64,000 nucleotides of DNA from Histomonas meleagridis 2922-C6/04-290x (lineage: Eukaryota > Protista > Parabasalia), in the NCBI GenBank assembly GCA_020184695.1, contig JAANOX010000268.1, positions 213,235 through 277,234 of the forward strand, given 5' to 3'. Shown piece by piece: positions 54,708 through 64,000 of the stretch. The notes below the pieces were generated by a model, which searched no databases, was not told the origin of the DNA, and was given only the letters and a program-made list of their open reading frames with translations. The position numbers and the translations under genes were made by a program. How positions within the stretch are numbered: position 1 is the first letter of the stretch; the number at the start of each line of letters is the position of its first letter.

Positions 54708-56389
54708 TTAAATCGAAGTTTCATTTTTATCAATATAAGCAGCAAGATCTCTATCAAGTTCTTGTAAATATCCCAAACTTAAGTTATTTAATGACTGACT
54801 TGCTACATAATATTTAGGGTTGTTTTGATAAAATTGTTGGATAATATCATCTGGTACCATTTCATATCTTTCATTAATAGAGTCTTTAACACTTTGTATA
54901 TCAGTTGATAATTGTGAAAGATCATTTTGAGCTTTCGATAATTCATCTTGTAAATATGCAACTTGTGATACAACATTAGCATCATTATTATCAAGTAAAT
55001 ATTGTGCTTTTGATTGTGCTAAATTACTTTTTTGTAACTCTGTATTGGCTTTAACAAGATCATTTAAGGCCTCAGATTGTTTCAACATATATAATGTTTG
55101 CCTTTCAGTATCAATTATTTTATTTTGCATCTCAATTGAATTATTAGTTAAATAATAATCAGCTGAAGCAGCTGCTTCTTGTGATTTAAAGTATGATTGC
55201 ATATGATCATTCCTTGATTTTTCAAGCATATTTAATTGTTCAATTTGCTTTTTGGTTTGAGCATTAGCAGTAATAGTATTATGTAGTTCTTCATCTATAT
55301 TAGTATCATCATCAATATTATTAAGTTGTTTTGCTTTATATAAGTCAGTTTGTAATTGAACATTATTTAATTTCTCTGTTTCCGATAAATCATGTTGTTC
55401 TTTATATATCTTATGTGATAATTCATTATCCTTAATAGCTTGTTGTAACCTAATATTATCTTGTATAACAGCTTCTGTTTTAGCCCTTTCTTCAGCATTA
55501 ATTTTATCCATATCTTCTTTAGACAGCTCGGATTGTAATTGAACCTTTAAATTATAGTTCTCTTCCGATATCTTCAAACGCTCTTCTGCTATCCCTGCAT
55601 GATATTTCTTTAAATTGTTTTCATGTTGAATTTCAACTAATTATTTTAAGCCAACATCGCCAGCATATTTTTTACTCATCTCTTGGTTTTGTTTTTTCTT
55701 TTCATCTAATATCTTATTTTGTGTTCTCAATCATCGATTTCTTTCTTAATTTTACTTTGATTAATTTCAGCTTCTTGCTGTTAAATGTTCATCTCCATTT
55801 CAGCAATAGCAGCTTTTAATCTCTCTTTTTGACCTTTCAATTCATTTAAATCAAATTCATTCTTTAATTTAGCATTTTCCTTACTTAATTTCACAATATA
55901 ATCCGTTAAGCGATCCGTCTCTTCACGTTGTTTTTCCAATAACTCGTTTCGTTTCTTTTCTTCCTCATATTTTCTTTGAATTTCCCTTGTTTCTTTTTCC
56001 AATTTGTGTTCTTGTTCATCTAAATGTTTTTTTCTTGCCAATTCATCATCACGATCCCTTTTTGCATCATTAATTTGTTGTTGGCGGACATCGTTTTGAT
56101 TTCTCATATTATTAATTGCATCAAGGTTTACGTTAGGCAGAGTTTGAGATAAAGCTATTGGTACTAAAGGATTTTGTAAATTTTGCATCATTCTAGATCT
56201 TGCTGAAATACCTGTTGTTTGATTTTGAGCTGGATTTATTAAATTACTTCTAACACTGAACCTTGTGAGGTTCGAGCCTCCTGCGAGACTTAGATTTGGA
56301 TTAATTGATTGATTAATTATTCTATGTCTAATACCTCTCTTTACTTTCCTCCTGTTTTTTCTAATTCTACGGTTTGCTTTATGTACCAT
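54708..56389 (-). pseudogene. Arg-rich N-terminus + long coiled-coil protein (putative virion core/DNA-associated), frameshifted
   Basis: MVHKANRRIRKNRRKVKRGIRHR; coil continues across 55580-55780 with stops/shifts into ORF 55577-54708. Confidence 0.55.
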
Positions 56390-56419
56390 TTAATTAACAA
56401 AAATATATATCGATTGGTT

Positions 56420-57014
56420 TTATAAATATGACACTCTTGATCTCCAGCCACGTTGATTATTAACATTTAACTTTATATTTTCTGTGTTATTTTCTGTATT
56501 ATTTATTTGTTGAATTTCTTTTGTTTCTTCGTTTACTGGATTAATAACTGGTGTGTCATCAATATCTTCATAAATATCATTCTTTAAATTGTGATATTTT
56601 TTTTTTAATTTCTTTTGTTTACCTTGTAATTTATTTAATTGAGAATGTAATTCAATAATATGTTCCATTAACAATTGATCATTTGATAAATATACTTTAT
56701 TAAAATTATTATTGTTATTATCATTAATATATTTTTGTGAAACAGTTAAAGGTTTATCCTTTTTTAATACTATTCTGGCTTTACCATTTTTAAATAATTT
56801 ATCATCATAATAATCATTATCAATTTACATTCCTTGCATTATTAATAATGATATCTTTTTCCTCCTTAGTTAATTGTTTAATTGGTTTCTTTTCAATATT
56901 TATAGAGTCATTATATGGCCCGGCATCGTTAGATGCTTTATCATCAACGTTATTATTTTCATTATTATCATCAACAGATGTTTCTATATTAATTTCTTTT
57001 TCGACCTCAGTCAT
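56420..57014 (-). pseudogene. Element hypothetical protein (frameshift ~56825)
   Basis: MTEVEKEIN..NARNV / IDNDYY..SNDQLLMEHIIELHSQLNKLQGKQKKLKKKY.. Confidence 0.5.
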
Positions 57015-57039
57015 TTTAATATATGTAAAAATAAAATTA

Positions 57040-57395
57040 TATATATAATTAATTATATTAACCCATGGCATAACTTTATCAGATATTTGTCTACCTCTAT
57101 CTATTACTTTGTCTGCTGTATTATTTCCTCTATTAACAGCATCTTTAATTTTATCTTTAATTCTACTATTTGGTAATTGATCTACTATATTATCAATTTT
57201 ATCTGAAAAATCTTTTTCACGATCTCTAATATTATTAATTACTTGTGGTATTTTTGATGCTATTTCAAAACCTGTTTTAACAATTGGTGATATTTTACCA
57301 AATATTCTTTGCACAGGTTTTACTATTTTTTTCATCAACCTACCACCACCTCTAATTAATCTATCAACACCTCTAAATATAGAGCCTAGTCCCAT
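57040..57395 (-). CDS. Amphipathic basic protein, adenovirus pVI-like membrane-lytic candidate
   Basis: MGLGSIFRGVDRLIRGGGRLMKKIVKPVQRIFGKISPIV; own stop apparently lost (reads into next gene). Confidence 0.4.
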
Positions 57396-57424
57396 TTTAC
57401 ATTATATAAAAATAATATAGATAT

Positions 57425-58585
57425 ATGAGTGAAAAAGGTATTAATAATACCATAGATAAATCTCACTTTAAGACTTATAACCATGTTAAAAACCATGTTA
57501 AAAATAAATATCCTAATACTAAGAAAAAACGTATAAAATCTATTATAAAACAACGTGTAAGAGATAGACATTTAAAAGATAATGATATTAAATCATATAT
57601 GATAAAGATATTTAGTAATAGGCCTAATACTTGGTTTCATGATATATATGATAACGGTAAAAATAATAACCCAAGATATTGGCATATATTTATTGGAACT
57701 AATAACAGATATGTTGTAGTATATCCATTAAATAGTAAATCTGCTAAAGATATTAATAATACTTTAACACAATTTATTAATAAATATCATCCTATAAAAT
57801 TAACATCTGATGAAGAGTCAGCATTTATAGAAAAGAATAATATTAAACTATGTAATGATAATAATGTATCTTTACATATTATAACTGATAAAAATCATTC
57901 TTCACTAGGTATTATAGATAGATTTATTAGAACATTAAAAGATATGAATACTACTACTGAAAAATCTAAACATGAAATTATTGATAAAAAATATACTTAT
58001 CTAACACCACATAGAATGAATAAATTTATCAATATTTATAATAATAGTTATCATAGTTCTATAGGTTGTTCACCAAAAGAAATGTTTAATAATCCAAAAC
58101 TTGAAAAAGAATATATATTTAAATGTATAGATTTATCAGATAAACAAAAAAGAATAAAGAATTAAATAATACCTATAGGATCATATGTTAGATATATATT
58201 ACCTAGAAATGATGGATTAACTAAGAAAAGATATCAAGTAAGTAGAGAGTGCTATAAAATTGATGATAGAAGGGGTAATATGTATACATTAATAGCTAAA
58301 GATGGAACTGTGCTTACAAAACCTAGACATCAATTAATACTTATGAATAAAGATGGTAGTAAACCAAATAATATAAAATGGGGGTCTACTTTCCCTAATA
58401 AGTGGAATGGAGAAATTGTTAAAATACTTGATTATAATAATAAAACTAATAAATATAAAGTGTTGTTTACAGTACCTGGTAAAAAAGATTATATATACAT
58501 AATACCAGCATCATTTTTAAGGGGTAATACTCCTCAGATAATGAGTGATATTGAGAAAGAGTATTTTAAGCAGCCACAACAATAA
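57425..58585 (+). pseudogene. Retroviral-type (c-)integrase with C-terminal SH3/chromodomain-like regions; one in-frame TAA (58163-58165)
   Basis: WFHD, YVVVYPL..KS, LTSDEE, NHSSLGIIDRFIRTL, YNNSYHSSIG.SP, G.YVRY, IVKILDYN..TNKYKVLF. Confidence 0.82.
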
Positions 58586-59100
58586 CCTTTATTTTTGCAC
58601 AAAAAACCTTTACAAAACATACTTTTAAAAATTATGATGAAATAGATAAAATCTCTAGTGATTTTGTATCTGTGCAGATGCACAGATGGAAATGATGGTT
58701 TTCACCAAAAGTCCATTTTTGAGACCTTTTTATGGTTCTATTTTTTTAACGGTGATTTATTATGAATTCCTAGTACAAATGCATACTTTTAGAATAGAAC
58801 TATAAAAGTATGTACTTTTTATATGTTCTATTTTGGAGTGATTGTTTACATATGTATTTATAAGGGTTTTGTTATGTGCACAGATAGTTCACAGATGCAC
58901 AGATAAAATGGCCATTTCTAAAGAAAAGTGTGAAAATGATTTTTTTATGCTTCTGCTTTTAAAGTTATATATTTATGAAGTATATATTCAAAAATTTTTG
59001 CCCCCCAACAATAAATCACTTAAATGTATATATATGAACACATAAATAAGTATACTTGTGGAAAATGTTTTTATGATTATTATTTTTTAGATGTAAACTT

Positions 59101-59205
59101 CAGTCCCGAGGCGAACGTAGTGAGCTGAGGGCACACACCGAAGCGAAGCGGAGAACACACTGGCTCCCCTTCAGGGGAGAGAATGTGTGCTGTGTGTGTG
59201 TGTGT
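59101..59205. other. GC-rich hairpin cluster followed by (TG)7
   Basis: GCGAAGC 59143-59149, AC-GTA-GT, CTCCCC-TTCA-GGGGAG 59164-59179, (TG)7 59191-59204. Confidence 0.8.
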
Positions 59206-59450
59206 TTATTATCACTTTTTCATCATCTATTAATTTATCATTGTATATTTTATATTCAATAATAGCATATATATCACGGATTTGTTCTTTTGGTTTTAAT
59301 GTATATTTTCTAACTTGTTTTTTATCATCGATTGCTTTATTATTAAGCTTATATTCAAAATATTTTTTAAATATATTTTCATCATATATATCACTATGTT
59401 TATTAATTATTTATTCATATTTATTTCAAGATATTCTTTTAACCTTACAA

Positions 59451-62026
59451 AAAAGGGGCGACAAAGCCGTTTAAAAAACCGCCAAAATTTATATTTTGAA
59501 TATTGGCCTAAATAAAGAACATGCCATCATTCAAAATACAATATTTTGTAAAATATTGTCTTGAATTATATAAAATGAAATATTATCTCATATTAACATA
59601 CAGATATTGAGTAAGAACACCTTTTTTATTAAATAATTTATTTTTTACAACATTCAATATTGAATGGTTTACGCGTTACAACATTCTAAATATTGGAAAA
59701 ATCGAAAAATTGATAATTTATAAAAAACGGCTAGACAAAATTCCTTAATATCATATATTTATTGTCTATATAATGAATTCAATCAAATATCTTGAAATTA
59801 GAAAAATCGTATCGTAACGTTTTTAGATATTATTATTTGAATATATTTGGTCGGACGGCGAAGCAGTTTAAAATTCGAAAAAGTGACAATAAGAAAAATT
59901 TACTAAACTAGTTGGGAAGATTCAACATTTCTTCTAATGGTAGCATATCCAGTTGATGATACAATTCTTGAATTACTTATTGATACCCATTTTTTATCAG
60001 TACTTATTTGAAAATACTTATATATAATGTCATTAAGAGAAATTTCATCAGAAAATTTTTCAGTAATTTTAGAAAATAATGTTTTCATTTTAGCTGAAAT
60101 CAAACTTTGATCTAATTCAAAAATTGTTGAAGCTTCCTTGATGTATTTAGAAATTTCAAAATGTAAAATTTCTTCATCTTTACTAAGGAATGCCCCACTA
60201 TCTGAAATTCTTTCAGATATTTTAATGTCTGAATTTGGTATGCATATTTTTTTATACATTACTTGTTGGCAACATCTCATAAAATTTGTTGCACTATGAT
60301 TGTAATGACACAACCTCCTAACTTGGCCAAAAAAATGTTCAAGCCAATGGGTACCACAAGCACCAAGATGAATATCTTTGTTTTGATAAAGGATATACGA
60401 GTGACATCACTTTATCAATAGTATTTATATCGTATATACACATGTAAGGATTTTTTTTTTCTGACATTGAGCGTGTTTGTTTTCGATCTCGTATTTTCAT
60501 ATTATAAGTTTATTTATAAAGATACATCAACGCCCAACATAATGACAAACATTCAATTCTTTGAGTTCTATTTAAATTTTTATCCATAACAGACTTAATA
60601 AGTAATGTTGCAGGAATAAGTGATATTAACACTAATTTTTCAAATGCTTTAAAAATATTATTATCGGTAAATAACATTATTGGTAGCATATCGTCCATCT
60701 TTTTACTATGACTTCCATCCAAAATAAATTCTGGGATGCCAACATCAATATAATCCTTATTGTTAATCACCAAATCTCTATCAGGTAAAACACAAATTGA
60801 ACTTCCACATACGATTCTATACCTCATGCATTTTACAAGATGGAGCATATCTTCAATAACAAGAGGCATGTTTAAATCACTGATTAAATTTGGTAAAGAA
60901 CAAGAAATATTAAATTTTTGAAATTAATCACAAATTGATTTAACAAACTTTAAATAACCAGTATCTCCGTCAAATGAAATGCCAACGACATTTATACCCA
61001 AGCCACCATGTAATATTGCAATTAATTCTAATTGAGATACAATTTCATTGTCAGATGAACCATTTTCTTTTGGTTTTTTACATGAAGGGAAACCACCATT
61101 TCTTGAAGATATTGGACATATATAATAGACGAAATAATCGTTAATAATATCTTGTTTGTTTTCATCTATAAATGATAATAATGCCTCTGAAGATGATCTC
61201 AAATAAGCAGCTATATCTCTGTCAATATAACATTCCTCCATTAAACCTTCAATAAATCCATCTTTATGTATAATAACATTTGGTGATATACCAGCTGCGT
61301 CAACTGCTAGAATAACATCATGGTTATTTTGGGAATAATTCTCATTTAAAAACACTTACAAAAGATGATCTATATGTTATATACTTCCATCAAATACCTC
61401 TTTTGTAATATTTAACCTTTTATATTCTTCATTCTTCCAACGTTGAATTGTTCTCCAACAAGGGAATCCTAAATTGAACTCCATTGACATCCATAAAGAC
61501 TGTCCCATATTAGACAGACATATATAATCAGGTATAGCTTTTTTGTTGTATCTCTTTGTTGAAAGAGAATCAACATGCATTTTTAAATAACAGTTATTCT
61601 CTATACTATGCAAAAGCTCACTTCTGGGATGTAATGACTCAATTTCTTTTTGTAATTATTTGTTTTCTTCAGATAATTGCTTATATTTAAATGAATGTAA
61701 ATTAAATGAAGTTTTTAAATTTTTGATCTCTTTCTGTAAACGTAAAACTTGATATCGGAGTTGAGCATCAGTTGCATCTTGGAGATCATTTTTTCTTGGC
61801 TTAAAACCCCTTGTACATGTTGGTTTCATTGAACAACTTTCTTTTAACGTCAAAAATAAACATTAGAAATTCTCATCGTACATTGAAATATATAAATAAT
61901 AATTTCGCAAAATGTCACGATATAATTTCAAAAATATCGAATTTTGGTGAATTAATCGCTATACTGAGAGTTTATTTTTAAAATTACTAAGAATTTTGTC
62001 TATAGGAAATTATTGTCGCCCCTTCT
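59451..62026 (-). mobile_element. 2576-bp P-element-like DNA transposon with TIRs and 8-bp TSD
   Basis: TIR AAGGGGCGACAA (59453-59464) / TTGTCGCCCCTT (62013-62024); TSD CCTTACAA at 59443-59450 and 62027-62034. Confidence 0.88.
59903..61853 (-). pseudogene. Fragmented P/THAP9-like DDE transposase
   Basis: LGFPCWRTIQRW, VLAVDA, SFDGD, EDMLHLVKCMRYR (cf. D.PHL.K..RN), HWLEHFFGQVRR (cf. LENFFG.IR). Confidence 0.7.
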
Positions 62027-62035
62027 CCTTACAAG

Positions 62036-63187
62036 TAGGGTTTCCTAAAATGAAGTACTTGTACAATCGGTTAAAAGTGACGCAAAGTATATGTACAAAA
62101 AGTGTCTCTCAATCTGAAAGTACTTTTTTTTGAATGGTTTATTGATTTTTCTCAAAAAAAGGTACTTGTACTTGTACATTAACCGCCAAATTCCGGTTAA
62201 AAATAGACCATTCAAATACTTGGTTATAAAAATTGCATTATTTCTTAAATGATGCAGTTTTTGAATTCAAAATTTTTGATTTTTAAGTTCAAAGTCATGT
62301 GTTCAGATTCAAACTTCGAATTTTGATTAAAATTTATTAGATTTTCTCAAATCGATCTGGTATCACATCATTTCTTCGGATGCAAAATATTGTAAGTATT
62401 CCATTTATTAAAGCTAATGAAATTTTTGATCTTAATAGACTGAATCAATTACCAAAAATAATTGTACTCAAACCATCAAACTCAATTACTCTTTCTTTTG
62501 CACAAAAACATAAAAATCATGATTATATTTATATGATGATTGGGTGTAAAATTGGCTTTTGTTCTTTGTGTAACAAATATATTTCTTCAGATCCAGGGAA
62601 TGTTTCAAAACATGTTAAAGCAAAACATTATACTTCACAATTATGGAAGAAGGATTTAGATAAAATAATAAATTTTTTTGCAGTTAATGCAATTCCACAT
62701 TTAATAATAAAGTCCAAATCGTTTGCCGAATTATTTCCATATTCATTACCTTTATTAGAGACATTTGAAATCAGATTCCATGAAACTTATTTAATGATTC
62801 AATCGAAAATTAGAAGTATTTATGATCAATGTCCATATTATTCTCTTTCTCTTGATGAATGGACTAGGTATAATTATAATTTTATTGGAATTTCGGTAAC
62901 AATCGAGAGTGGTTATTATTTATTATGTTTAACGGTTCCGGACGATATAAGCAGAACATCAAACGTTATTTCCAGAATTTTGGATGAAAATTTAGCTCGT
63001 TATAACTTAGATAGAAATAAAATTGCCTGTACATGCACAGATTGTGCATCTTCTGTAAGAAAAGCAATCAAAATATCAGGCATTGAATGGACACCATGTT
63101 GCTCTCATATTATAAATAGAGCTTTTTTGATTGGATACCAAATGATTTAACTCTCAAACAAATTATCAATAAATTAAGTGTTTTATA
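62036..63187 (+). mobile_element. Left part of a hAT-like transposon with BED-finger transposase (ORF 62380-63150), truncated
   Basis: Putative end TAGGGTTTCC at 62036; subterminal GTACTTGTAC repeats; CSLC..NVSKH...H, SLDEWT, CTDCAS, PCCSHIIN. Confidence 0.8.
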
Positions 63188-63252
63188 TAACACACACACA
63201 CACACAGCGCTATGTGAGCTTCGTGCTACGCACTCGCTCCCACCCGCGCTAC
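63188..63252 (+). other. (AC)n followed by GC-rich mini-hairpin cluster
   Basis: acacacacacacacacagc, then gcttcgtgctacgcactcgctccc; mirrors 59188-59205. Confidence 0.7.
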
Positions 63253-63383
63253 ATAAACTAAAGGATGAACGGCTAAAATCGATTGAATTATCATAAATCT
63301 GTTGGTTTTGATTGAAAGTAATAAAATATATTTAAATTCATGATGACATTTATTTTTTAAATGTGTGATGCATGAATCCGGCT

Positions 63384-64000
63384 GAGTTGTTGTTAATCCT
63401 ATGTGGATTTTAGTGTTTTGTTGTTAATCCTATGCTACCTGATAACTTGATATACCAGGTAGTTACCAGGTAATATTGCGATTAGCTAAAGGAAATTTAA
63501 TATTGTTATGTGAGTTTCTCAAATCTTGTGAAATGACGTGAAAATCGTGAGTTTACGGGAGCTGATGATGATAACGGATGAGTTGTAAATTCTATGTCGA
63601 ATGTTGTGTTTTGATGTTAATCCTATGTGGATTTTAGTATTTTGATGTTAATTCTATGCTACCTGATAACTTGATATACCAGGTAGTTACCAGGTAATAT
63701 TGCGATTAGCTAAAGGAAATTTAATATTGTTATGTGAGTTTCTCAAATCTTGTGAAATGACGTGAAAATCGTGAGTTTACGGGAGCTGCTAACTATAACG
63801 GATGAGTTGTAAATTCTATGTCGAATGTTGTGTTTTGATGTTAATCCTATGTGGATTTTAGTATTTTTGATGTTAATTCTATGCTACCTGATAACTTGAT
63901 ATACCAGGTAGTTACCAGGTAATATTGCGATTAGCTAAAGGAAATTTAATATTGTTATGTGAGTTTCTCAAATCTTGTGAAATGACGTGAAAATCGTGAG
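63384..64000. repeat. ~224-225-bp tandem repeat (>=2.7 copies, runs off window)
   Basis: Anchor ctacctgataacttgatataccaggtag at 63435, 63659, 63884. Confidence 0.95.

Larger units (their letters stand above)
52880..59205. mobile_element. Decayed endogenous virus-like element (Polinton/Maverick-like or MELD/PLV-like), left end missing
   Basis: Densely packed, very AT-rich ORFs unlike host genes; integrase, beta-rich capsid-like ORF, amphipathic and Arg-rich core-like proteins; hairpin/(TG)n right end. Confidence 0.7.

Overview
This is AT-rich, nearly intron-free eukaryotic DNA from a parabasalid (trichomonad), most likely Tritrichomonas-like. The assignment rests on BspA-type LRR and DUF3447/ankyrin families, and on M3 (GACGGTTA) plus M5 (CCTTT) core-promoter motifs upstream of both ribosomal protein genes. 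About 1-52.5 kb is gene-dense housekeeping DNA: UCH, eS1, eL42, RFC2, Vps2, RBBP5, ATG101, syntaxin, Rab/Rho GTPases, IPK, LRR-PP2C, tRNA-Gly and others. It also holds a bacterial-type class II ribonucleotide reductase and an RLE-type non-LTR retroelement remnant. About 52.9-64 kb is a nest of mobile DNA. It contains a decayed virus-like element (integrase, putative capsid, putative core proteins with adenain-type cleavage motifs), a 2.6-kb P-like DNA transposon with intact TIR/TSD, a truncated hAT element and a ~224-bp satellite. The most unusual signal is at three separate ankyrin-repeat loci. There, 90-nt coding modules alternate with frame-breaking AT-rich spacers that are exactly 80 nt in 8 of 10 cases and share a near-palindromic core, but they lack consistent GT-AG or trichomonad branch-point signals. 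Many single-base frameshifts lie in homopolymers, so some apparent pseudogenes may be assembly errors. All family assignments are from motif recognition, not database searches.
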